A DNA stretch of 64,000 bases, taken from NCBI GenBank assembly GCA_012295275.1, contig CM022669.1:9362001-9426000 (forward strand), read 5' to 3'. Positions 13,533 to 28,933 of the stretch are shown piece after piece (within the stretch, counting starts at the first letter, position 1; every line of letters starts with the position of its first letter). This DNA is from Chrysomallon squamiferum (lineage: Eukaryota > Animalia > Mollusca). The notes beneath the pieces are model-generated. The model made no database searches and was not told where the DNA came from. It worked only from the letters and a program-made list of their open reading frames with translations. Position numbers and translations under genes: made by a program.

Positions 13533-14943
13533 ATATTTTATATTGTTATTATTATTCTCTTTTTATTTAAATAAATAAATACAAAAATGAAATTTTAAGC
13601 TGGGTTTAAATTGGATTGAGGGCGAGGTTTATTTGCAAAAGTATGTGATGTGATGTCTGTGTGTGTGGATGTGCGTGCGTGCGTGCGTTTAGGTGTTTGT
13701 GAAATAATAATAATCCATTGCTCCAATGTATTATAAAAACAAACATTCGAAATTCTCAGAATAAAAGTATTCAGACTGCAAAATAATTTGACGTTAACCT
13801 TATCAGGGCCTCTACAATCTCGTCAATAATAACCCAAGCCGCATTAAACTGTGTAATCTTTGACCTTCTGGCAACTACTCCGCTCAATGAGTTGTAATTT
13901 GGTCGCGGAAGTACGCGAGATTAACACGGTCATATTCAGCGTAATTAGCAACCAAATCACCTAATTAATCCCGCCTTAATTGCATAACAATAGGATTATA
14001 CTGAGTTTGAAAAGCCTACACAAATTATGTACATAACTTTGGTATGTATGTTGGTATATAAAAAAATGCATTCTTGAATGCACGTATATGCCTGTGTCTG
14101 TCCGTATGTTTTTGAGCGTGGTTATAAAAAAAAATTTCTGCTTTCATGTTTCTTTCTTAATTTTCCTAATACCTTTCTCTTTTCTTTTTTTTTTTTTTTT
14201 TTTTTTTTTCTTTTTTTTTTTTTTTATTCCCAAATACATTGCATATTTATTTTCGTCTTTTTAAAATTTCCTAATCTTCGTCCTGTATGAAGAATAACAT
14301 CAGTTCTAATTTCCTTTTCAACGTGCATATTGAACAGAAAAAGAAAAAGAAAATGAGATAAAAAAAAAAGAAAAAAAAAAATTGGAAGAAGAAGAAGAAG
14401 AAAGAAAATGAAAACTAAATCTGCAAGGCAGTATCGATCGAGGGTTTTACAAGTTGTTCTGTTTTAAAAAGAAATATTCGGAGAAGCGCATTGTGCTTAC
14501 ACAGATGGTAAATTACAGTTTATTTCATTTCCAGAAAAACACATGTTTCTTTTTCTTTCTTCAGCCTTTTCTTTTTTCTTTTTTTTTTTTTTTTTTTCTT
14601 TTTACTTTTTCCCCGGAAGACAGCTGAAATCTTTAAGCAGGGCTGTAAAAATCATTTCTCAAGACGTGCCATTTTGAATTTTTTATCATTAAGTTATTTT
14701 TTTGAATTTTATATTTCTCTTCAGTTCATTATATTTTATAATCGTGTTTTTATCTGAATACTGCTACTAATAATAACAATACTAATACTAAATATACTAC
14801 TAATATTAATACTAATACTAATACTCTATTATTACTAATATTAATAATAACGTAACAAAAAAAAAAAAAAAAAAAAAAAAACTCTACCAACAACAATAAA
14901 TAAAACATTAACAAAAGTGCCACATTGATTAGTAACATTAATA

Positions 14944-14981
<38 letters not shown>

Positions 14982-16114
14982 AATTATAATACTAATGAGG
15001 ACCATGATGATGATGATGATGATGACGATGACGTTGATGACTGATGTATGTTAGTCATATCTTTGATCTTGTGACTCAAGAGAGAGAAACAATGGTACTC
15101 AAAGTCTGACACAGATTACAAGATTAACAAGAGCTTTTGGTACGTAACACACAGATATGACACACACAGATATATAAATAATTTTATCACTTTAACCTTT
15201 TACTTAACTCTGCTTTGAGTGTGTGTGTGAACAACGTTTCAGAATAGAAATCCAGCTAATTTTAAATTACACTTAGAAAAATACACTCAACACACACGTA
15301 CGTACGTACATAAATGTGCACACTCAATACAAATACATATGTATATGTTTATATATTTTCAATATATGTATAATCAGACGACTGTTTGAATGTATGTATA
15401 GATGGACGGATGGATAGACAGATGGATTAAGTTATATGAATCTGGTCATTATTTTTTTTTTTATTTTTTTTTTTTTGTACCTTACTGTTTAATTAAGAAT
15501 AAATAATAATTTGTACCATACTGTTTAATTAAGAATAAATAATAAAATAATTATTAAATCCAGTCTTTGAAACCCATGTTATCCAAACTGATCTGGCTTT
15601 CTCTGTGACATCACCTCACACATTTTGCAATCGTTCTACTTTATTCAAATTCATTTATATTTTTTGAAACACTGTTTATACTGTACGCGATATGAGTAAC
15701 ATAATATAAATGTATAAAAATTATTACTTTTATATACATTTTAATTTTTTTTTTTTTTTATTATTATTTTATATTTTTATTTTACAGATGTGTTAAAAAA
15801 TAAACGTTTATCTCCGGCAAATGCAACTTGTCATTTTTTTATTTTTTTTTTATTTTTTTTTTTTTCCTCGCGAGTTGTCAACATTTTGGCAGTTTGCCAG
15901 AAAAGTACAATAATTTGTTCTGTCCTACACCACATTATGTGCTTCCACACAGAGGTGTTTAAGTACAGTCACGTGACCACTCCGTTTATAACACGTTCAT
16001 TTGTCAGCGGCTTGTTTCCGCTTGAATTTACCAAGTGTGTAATATGAAATGAATGATTCTTTTTTTTCGACTGCTTTAAGGGTCATATATTGCTCGTAAT
16101 TATATACCAGAGGA

Positions 16115-16145
<31 letters not shown>

Positions 16146-16211
16146 AGTTTAAAGAAAAATACATAGAACAGACAGAAAGCAGAGATGCGGGATGGTACGA
16201 GAGAAATACAC

Positions 16212-16295
<84 letters not shown>

Positions 16296-16929
16296 CGAGT
16301 TTTGAATTTTTGTCTGTAATATTTAACACACAAAACAATAAACACACACACACACAGAGACACATTCACACACACAGAGACACACAGACCTGTTCACAAA
16401 GTAACCTGTTTTCTTCCATTCTCAACACTCAACACACAACTGGAGAAAACTGACACCGCCATATTTAACGAGCGAACTGAACTCAGTTATGTAAATGTCA
16501 GCGTGCTAACAATTACCTCATTTGCAATTTTCCTTACACCTGTCTCTGCAACTCCAGCTACGGGAACGGCGTGAACGACGTCATTGTCTCTCAGTGAGAG
16601 AAACCTTTCCTCACCTACACTTTTTATTGGTTTACATATTAACAGCTTTCACAATGGAGAGAAATCCAGTCACTTGTAAATAATCTTAATAATGCTGCTG
16701 TTGTTGTCACCATTACTACTGCAGCAACTACAACAACAGCACCGTAACGAAATCTAGAACTTACAGTGTTTTCGCGACAGATACATCTATAACGACAACT
16801 GCAACAACAAAATTATTATTACTACTACTTCTGTTAGTGAGTACTTCTACAACGACCTCCATCACAACACTTCTCTTTCATCTCCAATATAACAACTACT
16901 ACAACTGCTATTACTTCTACTCTACCAGT

Positions 16930-16934
16930 ACTAT

Positions 16935-17001
<67 letters not shown>
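16930..17001. repeat. (ACT)n microsatellite
   Basis: Trinucleotide run that produces the spurious poly-T/poly-S ORFs. Confidence 0.95.
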
Positions 17002-17002
<1 letters not shown>

Positions 17003-17761
17003 TTATTTTGTTCTATATTTCCTCTTTTCCATTCTTTCATTACTACATTCATCTTTCTTTATTTCTATTCCTTCGCTCCATTCTTTTCCTTTTTTACGCC
17101 ATCTTTTCACATTATTCTTCAAGTCACGCTGCTAACACTGAGAAATGAAAACAACACGGAGAACTACTTTAACAAAACGAACTCTTCACTTTTTTCTTAC
17201 AGTTCACAGTCTCTCGAGACTTTCGGCAAGACTCGGGTTAAAACGTCAACCAACTCGCGTGTCATTTTCAATCGATAAATCTGTCGATATTTCCCGAGTA
17301 ATTCCGAACTACAAACGATCTCATTCGAAGCGGACACTGGGGAGAATGACTTTTAAACGCTAACTTATTATTTTAATGGAAAGTTTGGTTGCGGTGAGAG
17401 GCAGTTATTCCGAGCAGAGTAACAGAGCAGGAATTGATATTTTGATTTTCTTTTCGAGTTATGGGAGCGAGCGGTTTGTGGGTCTCTGGTGGGGTTTTAC
17501 TCATTGGCAGGATGTGAGAAATGACGGTAATAAAAACCGATATTACTTAGCTGTTTCAGTATTGTGATGAAGTCGGAGTAAGGGACTTTCTAGTAGTTTT
17601 AGGGAAGAGGATGATGAAAAAAAAAAAAAAAAAGGGTTGTTGTCTGTTTGTATGTATGTGGGTGTGTTTGAGAATTCAGTCATCATATGAGGGATTTCTT
17701 TATTTATCTCAGCTTTCTTTTTCTTTTCTTTTTTTTCTTCTTTCTTTCTTTCTTTCTTTTT

Positions 17762-17797
<36 letters not shown>

Positions 17798-19613
17798 TGT
17801 GTTATCACTCTCGTTATGAATCTGTTATGCTATTTTCTTTCTCATTTTTTTTGTTGTTGTTTTTTGTTCAGCCTATCTCTCTTTCTCCTCCATTATCTCA
17901 GATTAGTCCTGCATTCACATTCTACGTAATCTCTCATAATCTGCCTCTACATAAACAAAGATTTAGTTTTCGTCTTAAAAGACGCCACCAGTGGAGCGTG
18001 ACGGCCGGTGTTTTATGTTATTATCCGCCATAAAAAAAAAAAAAAATACTACAAAGAAACCGGGTTGTCAGTTATTTGTAATTATTTTATCACCAAATCC
18101 CTCTCCATACTGCAGTAACAACATGCCTGACACTGCAGTGAAGGAGGAGGGAAGAGATGGGGGGGGGGTCAGGTGCTTATTAGCATTTATTGAATTAAAC
18201 GTCTGCTCGCCAGTACAAAGCGCGCGGTGTATTCTGGGATATGTATTACGCAATAAACTAAACTTGACGAATGCCGTCTGACTATTACGTTGTGTTTGAT
18301 GAAGAATGATTTATGACGTCACTCCATTGCTGATATTAAACAACATACATTTAGAATAATTTTAGTGACGGTTTTAAAAATTTTATTTGTTACATTAAAG
18401 AAGAACAAAAAAAATAGCTTGATGATTTTTTTTTTATAATTTGTTTTACTTTTTATATAATTTAAACTTAATTCAGTTATCGATTTGTTTTATTTCAAAA
18501 GCATTTTTAATTTTTTTTTAAAATTTTTATCTGTTTATATTAAAGACAATAAAGTTTGTTCTTTATTACAGTGACAAGATGAATGGTCTATTTGTAAAAC
18601 AAATGTGAAATAAATTTTTATCGCAAAGGATCATTAAGATAGTAAAGTAAAAGCATATTTATTTCCTTTTATTTTTATCTTACAAAGTAAAAAAATAACT
18701 AAATAAATAAAATAAAATAAAATAATTTAAAATAAAAATTTATTTCAAAAGAAAAAAAAGAAAAAAAATGAAAGACGAAACAGATGTTGATAATAATTGT
18801 ATCTTGCACTAAAACTTGGCATTTGTTTATTTTTGTAATTATGTGTCTGGCTGTCTGTATATTATATCTATACTTTTCATCCATTAATCGTAACAAATGT
18901 AGACTAATATATTAGATAAAGAAACCGCTTTCTATCTCCTAATCACGTCGATGGAAAATATCTTTCGTCGAGTTACATTTTAGCCGACTGCGGCGGTTTA
19001 AATCTGGGAATGATTTTCCCTAACACAAACCTCTTGTCTGCTGCTTCTCTCAGTGCGCGCTGGCTGGCACGTTGCCAACAAAATGTTCGTCTGCTTCCGC
19101 GCTGATTAGAGTGTTGTCACTTGGGATTATGCTGAACAGACGATTAATTTGTGATACATTGTAACTTGTACAGCGTCTTCAACGACACAATAACTGTAAC
19201 ATATTTTATAATTTTATACTTATAACGTTCAAGAGGACTTTGAAACTGAAATATTTTATTATGGAAATATACGAGAAACGTCCAAAAAAAAACACACAAA
19301 AAGAGAGAGAGAGAGAGAGATTACGTCCATAAATTTTATGAAATAAACTGGCATATGAGCAATGTATAATTAACTGAAAACGAAACATTCATATCAATTC
19401 CTAGACTAATATTTGTAAAAAAAAAAACAATATTTTAGCTTGTTGAATATTGGCTAACTCAGTTCTAGTTTTACTGAAAAAGAAAAACAAATACAACAAA
19501 CAGACTGAAATTCGTGGAGAGGAATGTGTGTGTGTGTATGTGTGTGTGTGAGAGATGAGATACATTTACTCAAAACTTTTCCAGATTCAAGCCATAATAT
19601 TTTCCAAACGCCG

Positions 19614-19654
<41 letters not shown>

Positions 19655-20394
19655 GAATGAAGAAAAATAATTATGTGTAAAGCTGCAGAAAATGTCTGTG
19701 TGGTGTAACATAACATGGGTTTAAAACAAAACAATTTTATGTTGACACAGGTGGCGTTGTAAAGGTAAATTCTCACAATGCGATTTGCTGTAACGATTTT
19801 CAAAACCATTTATTCATTTATTTATTTATTTATTTATTTATTTACTTACTTACTTATTACTGATTTATTTATTTATATTTATTATTTATTTGGTTTTGAG
19901 GTTAGTTTGTTTTAATTTATTTTTAATATTTTGTTTTAGTTACTAATATCATTTAAATATAATAATTAAAAAATAAAATAATAATAATTAAACAAAAATT
20001 AAACAAATGAACCACACACAAAATAGTGGAAGATAAATGTTTACCTCAAAATCATTTTAAAATCGTTTTAATTATGGTTTCATGGAGATAGTGTAGAGAA
20101 ACAGTATGTGAAATAAAACTAATACATATTCATTCCATGGTTAACTGCGTGCCACATCAATATGTTACTTTACATTCATTCAGATAATTAATTGTAAATG
20201 GAAAAGTTAATGAGCATTAAAAATTCTTATTTTATTTCTCCTTTTATTTAATATTATTTTAGTTTCATTTTCGTTTTATTTCACTGTGCTTTATTTTCTG
20301 TTTTAATTCATTGTTCTTTTATTGTTCATTCGCTGGAATTTATTAACTTAGTTATTTTATTCTGTTTATATAACTTCTTTTTTTCTTTCCTTTC

Positions 20395-20425
<31 letters not shown>

Positions 20426-20544
20426 AAAATTATTTTATTAATTTTTTTTTTTCCAATTATTGTTTAAGTATCAGTTAAAATGAATTATTTCCCACGTGTT
20501 TATGACACCATCTGTGACGTCACACTCATAAATAGTCTGACTGC

Positions 20545-20699
20545 AATCAACACATCTGCTTTTAACCGCGAGCGTTACGCTTCAGTGGTTCCCAAAAGAG
20601 GCAAAAGAAAGACTTAGCCAGCCTGGGCTTCAGGCGAAATAGCCTAGTTTGCCAAGCACGCAGAAAATCCATTTATTTCTTGGCAGTATAATCCAACAA
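20545..20699. repeat. ~150-bp unique-sequence element, copy 1
   Basis: aatcaacacatctgctttt...tggcagtataatccaacaa is near-identical to 24587-24734, differing by a few substitutions and one short indel. Confidence 0.92.
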
Positions 20700-20843
20700 A
20701 TGCTGCTGTGTATGAATAGACCGATAACGATATACAAACCTGGACTGTCAGATTGAAACCGTGGAAATAAAGCTTAGAGCAGAAACATCATTCATTTCCA
20801 TAAAACTGGCAGTAGGCCATACATTAACTTATATCTTTCTTTT

Positions 20844-20911
<68 letters not shown>

Positions 20912-21221
20912 AATTTAAAGAACAAACATTGTCAAAAAGATTTACATTTATAAACCAAATTATATTAAATATAAAACTGATAAAATGTCCACACCACTAC
21001 ATGAAAGGTCATTTGATGGATTGAATATACTGTGTGTGGTTTTCATTTAATTTAAAACGTCTTTTCTTGTTAAAAATGTTAAAGACATTATTTTTTTTTT
21101 CATTTAATAGGCCCTGTAACGTGATTATTAAACTCAGTTATTCTATTAAATTGGTAAGAAATATCTCAAACTGACGTAAAAATATTAAAAGGGAAATAAA
21201 ACAAATTTCAAAGCATAAGAA

Positions 21222-21285
<64 letters not shown>

Positions 21286-22389
21286 GCTGTTGTTGTTGTT
21301 GCTGTTGCTGCTGTTGTTGCTGCTATTGTAGCTGCTATCATTGTTGTTTTTGTTGCTGTCATGATTATTACTACTACTATTGTTATTATTATTAGTAGTA
21401 GTATTAGCATTAGCATTTCTTCAGTATGTTACTTTTATGTCAGGCGACGCTTTCGCAGTGTACACGATGTACACCGACCCCACCCCACGTCTGACTGAAT
21501 ACAAAATCAGTACCCTTTATCCGATAATAACTATTATTAGCACTCCACGAAAAAGTCACAGTGGAGCGGAAACGCGCCATTAGCAAGCGTCCTTTCAATT
21601 AGTCGAGCTTGTCAGGAATTTCTTTCTCGTCTGCGTTTTGTCAACGTCACCAAGAAACCCTGCGTAGCTGGGTCCTCGACCTCGCGTGTACGGGCTAACA
21701 AAAAAAAAAGCACAAAGTCGCCTTTAAGAAAAGGCGAGAAACCTCTGACACTTTATTAATAGTAATGAGTTTGTGTCCTCTTTGATTCTTGGCTGGTCGG
21801 AATGTTTATGTTCTATTTGTCCGTCAGAAAAGTATTAATACTGCTAGTTAAATATGTTGACGTTAAAAGTAACGCGTGGACTATCTGATATAGTTCGTTG
21901 TTATCATTCCCGCTTTATGATTTTTTTTGCACACTACGTTTCTCATCCTTGTATAAATTTAAAATATGTAATGGAAGAGGGTTGTTATGTTAACTAACCC
22001 TGGCCTCTTTTAAAATCACCAGTTTTCTTTTCTTTACTGTATTTCATCAGAAAAGATTGAAATATAGTCAGGATTAGTTACGTTAGCAGTAATAATTTTG
22101 AAGTAAGATTCAAGTACATAATTCCAAGTAATTTTTTAATATGACCAGTCATGCAAGTACGCACTCGTCAATAGATGGACACACACACAGAGAAACAGAA
22201 CGATTTAAACATAGGTTATTTAAAAATAAATAAAAAATAAATGGAGTAGCGTAACACAAAACCGACAAATCGATATGTTTTTAATGAAAATGTTCACATA
22301 TTACAAGGTGTGGCTAGATTTTGCACAGATAAACCCTACAGACTGCCAAGCCTGCACCTTTGAATCCGTGTATCGGTACAAACACACAC

Positions 22390-22440
<51 letters not shown>

Positions 22441-24586
22441 GTACATAGAAATGTATAAATGCAATCATTAATTCGTTGTATTATAATATTTATGTGTTGT
22501 GTATTTGATGTGCTAGTTTCCCCCCGTGTTTCACGTGTCAGTGCCTACAGCGTGATAACCTATTCATGTCACGCTTCGAAGAAACCGTGACCCAACTTCC
22601 TTCTGTATGCAGGCAGAGTTGTAAATTAATGAAACAATAAAACGTATGCATATTTATTTACATAATATGGCCTTTATAAAAAAAAATGTAGAAGCTGGAC
22701 GTTTGCCTTTGTTATTTATGCATGTATGCATTACCATGACGTCTGCACGCACGTGTGTTTATGCATGCCTGACAAAATTTGAATGTAGGCGTGAGTGTGA
22801 GTCGGGTGTGTGCGTTAGTGAGTGTGAGTAATGTACGTGTCATACGTGACAGTTACCGCTGTTGTTTTCAAAGTGTCCACAGTGCGTATTTGCGTTTACG
22901 TCACTGTGCTGGTGGTTTGAACCAGTCTGAACGCAAAATAATATACATTCACGTATATAATATATATTCACCACTTAAAAGTGCAGGATTAAACAACGAC
23001 ATGTGCGTGCATCCTGTGGGGTTTATCTAGTTCAAAATGTTCTCTTTTATTTTGTGTTTTTTGTCATTACTGTTCACATTTAAATAACGACAGAATTAAC
23101 ATATCCTCAGCTAGAGAGACATTCCAGCGACTCGATTAAACGATTCTGTTATGTAATACGTTTTACTAGCTGATTAAATAATAATAATCGTTAGTGATGC
23201 CTTTTATGGACGAAAACACCAACTTAATGGTTATTTTTCCTTTGTATCGGGGCCGAACACCTCGACGCAGCTGTTGTGTTCTGCAATAACAGCGCGCGCT
23301 GTGAATAATGTAATTTAAGACGCCATGAGAGAGAAAACCGGTTTGGCCGGCTGCCAGGCAATCATAGAAACCGGAGTTGTCAGCTTTAGCCAATCGCATT
23401 GCGGCAATCTGAAATGACGGCTTCTCATTGGCCAGGGGTCAATCTATTATCCGTTATGGATACTGGTGGAATATTGAAGTGCAGGCGGCCAGATCAATGG
23501 TTTGCGAGACACATGCGATTAATTTGACGAAGGAATATCGATCTTCTCCCCCCCCCACGTCGACTATTTTATCCCCTGCAAAGCATTGCACGCTAACAAA
23601 ACCGCAGTCGCCTGTTCGTGTGATAAATATTTGAAGACTTCAGTACTCGACTGCTTTGTTCACGAACAAAGGCTCTTTAGAACAATATATATATTTTTTT
23701 TTTTTCTGATAAAAATGTTTTGTTTGAATTAAGTTTATCAATTATTTTTACTATGTAAGATCTGTGAATTGTTTGATATGAAAACAAACAGCTTTTAAAA
23801 ATGACTATATTTCTTCTTTTTTTGTCCAGTTCAGTTACTATTGTTGTTATTATCACCATTTTCATTAGGTTATTATTATTATTATTATTATTGTTGTTGT
23901 TGTTGTTGTTGTTGTTTTTGTTGCTACATTTATCATCGTCATCATTATAATCACATTTATTTTAAATATATTTTATATTACAATGCATTCAGTTGATTTC
24001 AAAGGAGTAAAGTTCGGTTCGGTTGATTCACTGGGTTTCTGGTGTTGCGTCAGTTTGTGTGCCTGTGTCAGAAATATACCAGTGATTGATTGATTCGAGT
24101 CTAATTGAAGGCTTTGAAAGAAAAGCATATGTTGTTGTTGTTTATTCTATATCATATTTGAAAATATAGTACCATAATTATTATTATTAACATTAATATC
24201 ATAATCATCCTAATGATCATAATAATATCATCATTATCATCATTAAATTCAATTTTAATGTTATTGTCGTTGTGATGGTGTTGTCGTTGCTGTTGGTGTT
24301 TGACTTGTGGTTGCTGTTATTCTAGTTGTAGTTTTATGTTTGCTTGGTTATATAAATAGTTCTTTCTTTCTTTCTTTATTCATTTATTTATTTATTCCAT
24401 TTCTCTATCTTATTATTTTTTTTTTTTAATAATTCCATTGTCCATCTGTCTTGCCTTTTCTCATCATTTGTTTTGTCTTCTGTTTTCAGTAACTTCTTTC
24501 GTCTTTCTTTCTTTAATTTATTAATTAACTAATTATTTTAATTTATTTAACTCGTACGATGTCACAAACATAAATAACCGGCTTTG

Positions 24587-24734
24587 AATCAACACATCTG
24601 CTTTTAACCGCCAGCGTTACGCTTCAGTGGTTCACAAAAGAGGCAAAAGAAAGACTTAGCCAGCCTGGGCTTCAGGCGAAACAGCCTAGTTTGTGCAGAA
24701 AATCCATTTATTTCTTGGCAGTATAATCCAACAA
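24587..24734. repeat. ~150-bp unique-sequence element, copy 2
   Basis: Direct-orientation copy of 20545-20699, ~4 kb away. Confidence 0.92.
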
Positions 24735-25032
24735 TCCCAGCTTGCTTAATCCGGCACTGCTCATGATTATCTAATAGAAGTAAACTTTAATTGGATTATT
24801 TGTAACTTTCAAAAATGTTTTTTATTATTATTAATGTCATCATCATCATCATCATCATCATCATTGTTATTGTTATTGTTGTTATTAAAACTAGGTCATG
24901 TAATTTGTACGACAATATTAAATTAAAATAATACTAATTAAAAACTAATAATGCTTCTCCTAGAACAAAAACAACAGCAGTCACTACTACTATGACTACA
25001 ATAGCACTGCTGAAACTACTACTACTACTATA

Positions 25033-25073
<41 letters not shown>

Positions 25074-25983
25074 CACTACCACCACTATTACTGCAGCAGC
25101 AACTCCTTCTACTATCATCACTATCGCTAATACCACTACGACTACTACGTGTACTAGAACTACTGCTTTTTTTACAACATCATCATCAACATAATATCAT
25201 CATTATCATCATCAATTCCCTTTTTATTTTATTTTTTATTTCTTTAATTTCTTTTTCTTTGCTTCTTCTTATTCATCTTCTTCGTTCTTTAATTTATTTT
25301 TATTTTTTTTTAATCTCTTTTCGTTTTTTTTTTCTTCATCTCCTTTATCTTTGATAACTAATGTTTCAAGGTTAAACGTGACAACATAAAAAAAAAAAAA
25401 AATGACACTTCTTTTGTCCGAAACGAAAATATCTCGGAAAGTAATTGTTTTATGACAATCTCCGATCATTATTCATTTCTAGCTAAAACACAGCGCAAGT
25501 GACTTGAGCGGATATGAATTACCGATGTTAAAAGTGCACACAGAAAAAGACATTGCTAACCATTCATTTCAATCGATAACGTCTGCCAAATTTGTTTTAT
25601 TCCGAGCCAAAAGTTTCGCAACAAATTAAACATAACGAGGCATCTCTGCTTTCGTCTTATTTAGAAGGGTGCCTGTAATTGTTGTGTGTGTGTGTGTCTG
25701 TGTCTGTGTGTGTGTGTCTGTGTGTGTTATGTGTGTATTTGTGTGTGTGTATTTGTGTCTGTGTGTCTTTGTGTGTTATGTGTGTGTATTTGTGTCTGTG
25801 TGTCTTTGTGTGTTATGTGTGTGTATTTGTGTCTGTGTCTGTGTTTATGGATAATGTATTTCTGTACATGCATTTGTTCATGTGTCGGTATATAATTTGA
25901 GGTCTGAGTGTATGTGCGTTTGCAATTATACATTTGTTTCTCTATGTATTTATGTGCGATGAAATTATTATTATTATTATTAT

Positions 25984-26055
25984 AGCTATTTTTATTGCTA
26001 TTAGTATTAAAAATAAGAGTTTGAGAAGAAAGCTGTCACAATAGTATCAAATAAT
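25984..26055 (-). mobile_element. Short interspersed repeat fragment abutting an (AAT)n tract, copy 1
   Basis: agctatttttattgctattagtatt..gagtttgagaagaaagctgt is shared with 59038-59110; both copies adjoin (TTA)n, consistent with a retroelement 3' end plus microsatellite tail on the minus strand. Confidence 0.55.
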
Positions 26056-26650
26056 AAAAATATAGCAACAAACAAAAACATCAACATGACAAAAGTAACG
26101 AGGAAGCTAACAAAAGCGACAGTGAAGTGTGTAAAATGGAGACTCGGTGTAATGCGGGTTTCTGAACCACATCGTCTTCGGTTACGTCCTCCGTGTTCAG
26201 TGATCAGACAAAAACAGCCCCGAGGCACGCCACCCGTCAATAAATCTTTGCCTCTATTGACAACATGGCCGCCCTGCAAAACCGTCAGACGTGAACTGAA
26301 TGAATTAAAAAAAAAAAAAAAAAAAAAAAAAGATGTTCGACATTATTTCATTTCGGTTGAAAAAAAAAAAAAAGAAATGATGAGACAAGTTTTCCGTGAT
26401 GGAAACAAATTAGACCGGAAATGTGTAGAATTTGTGAAGGAAAATGTAAAAGTTTTTGATGTCACTGGAATTAATTTCGGTTTGGTACGCAGATTTGTAT
26501 CGGCTGTTGGTGACATTTAAAGGGCTTTGAGGAGCCCTTTTTTTCTTATCTTCTGTAGCGGTCGAGATCAAAGGGGATCTTAGACCTCTCCTGTGTTCCG
26601 GATTTAAACTTTGATTACAGCATCTTTAAAGATCACAAAATTCTATATAA

Positions 26651-26798
<148 letters not shown>

Positions 26799-27045
26799 TA
26801 CTCTCTGTGTGTAATATTTCAGATTGACTCTTTCTGTTTCTGTATCTACCACCTGAAATGTATTGTAGAACTGCTCCTGGAGTTTTATTGTTTTCCACTG
26901 AAGTCGACCTGTCTGGTTTGGGGTGAACGTAAGGGACGCCCATTAATTCACACATTAAAGTCCGGTCGCTGTGAAACACATGTGACTTTGTCAGTGTACG
27001 AAATGTTGATAGAAAATTCTCAACACTGTAACAGTTGTCTATATG

Positions 27046-27097
<52 letters not shown>

Positions 27098-27257
27098 CGG
27101 GTAAAATAAATATACCAGACTGTTTTTTATCGCAGTACCTTCTGTACGATTTTTTTGTTGTTGTTAGGGTTTTTTTTTTTTGTGTTATTTATTTATTTAA
27201 TTATTTATTTATTTATTATTATTTCTGCTTAGTTTATGATAATGATAATTCTTATAA

Positions 27258-27292
<35 letters not shown>

Positions 27293-27612
27293 ATACATAA
27301 ATACATAAATACATAAATAAATAAATATACAAATAAATAAATAAATAGAGATAGAAATGGAAATTTTGATAACTTGACAGCTAGAACATCACTTTTTGCG
27401 GCTTCACCTTGAAACTTTCATTCGTACTAACACAGCATCGATTTTAGACACAAATAACATATTTCTCAAAGTCAGTTATTAAATAATATGTAATATTTCA
27501 AAGAAAGAGATAACTGCAGTTTTTTTGTTGTTTTTTTACGATCTCCATTTTAGTCACTGTAAAACAAAATTAATATGCTGAGCTAAAAGTACATGATATT
27601 ATTTATAATCGA

Positions 27613-27674
<62 letters not shown>

Positions 27675-27841
27675 TTTTCTTTTCATTGCTATCTTAGTTG
27701 TCTTTGTTGGTGATCTTTGTTGTTGTTATTGTTGTTTTTATTGTTATAACTTTTATTATTATTGTTGATGTTGTCGATGTTTTTGTTGTGTTGCAGTTGT
27801 GAATTATTGTAGATCATACTCAGTTGTATGGCTGTGTATTT

Positions 27842-27923
<82 letters not shown>

Positions 27924-28898
27924 TATCTGTTTGATGATTAATTCATCGTACTTATCGATATCGTGCACGCCATTACAAAGAGGTCGATGACCTTCACTCC
28001 TCAATACTGTTTGCTGAGCAGACATAATAACGTCATATTAAACCAGTTGAGACATATTTCACAACGGGACGATACGTTCGGGACGAGTCGACATATTTCA
28101 AGACGGGATGCGTATTCTACAATCGGATGACAGGTTTCAGAATTGGCGGATAAATGGATTTGGAATTTTCACTGGCACTAAGATTAAGAGATTAGCTGGA
28201 TAACCCATCTGTAAACTATAACAGTTCAGACGTTACTAAAGGAAATAGTGAATGAATTCAGTGAATAACAGCAGCAGCAACATCAACAACAACACTGTTA
28301 ATAAAATAATAACTACAACAACATTAACAGTAATAATATTGATGACAATAATAACAGTAATAATAACGGTGATGTGATGATGAAACAACAACAACAACAA
28401 CAACAACAACAGCAGCAATAATAATAAGAAGATTTATCTTTTTTTTTTCTTCTTCATATAATTAATTCAACAATAGTTTGCATGCACATATCGATTCCAG
28501 TGGTTCAAGTACGCCAGTCATGAACCTGACATCTGACACTGATAGAATTACTAATGACCTCATATAAATATAGCGTTTAAATATAATTTATAAGCAACAG
28601 CTGCGGTTTTAATTATAATTTATAAACAGATTCATAATTTATTGAAATTATTTCCAGTTCTCGCTGTATTAATGTGACAGCTCTTCAGGCGAATGCTGAA
28701 CACAAGAACTGTTTGTTTGGTCTCAGGACCAGTTGTCGCTTTTTATGCTGTTCACGAGTAGGTGATTCAAAAAAAAAATTTATCTTGCTGCATTATGCTG
28801 CATGATGATAATTTATATCAGAAATACAGCATGTTTACTTCTAATATGCAGTGACAAAAATGTGACAATATCCTCTACTAGTTTTATCTATTTAACAT

Positions 28899-28933
<35 letters not shown>

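Noticed and set aside
15476-15545. ~35-bp tandem duplication (ttgtacc.tactgtttaattaagaataaataataa)
   Set aside because: Ordinary local slippage duplication in AT-rich DNA with no functional signal.
20600-20660. Hammerhead or HDV-like ribozyme in the duplicated element
   Set aside because: No CUGANGA core on either strand, and I could not build the HDV nested double pseudoknot.
26086-26520. 144-aa plus-strand ORF
   Set aside because: Runs through poly-A tracts (poly-K); no recognisable domain or convincing exon structure.
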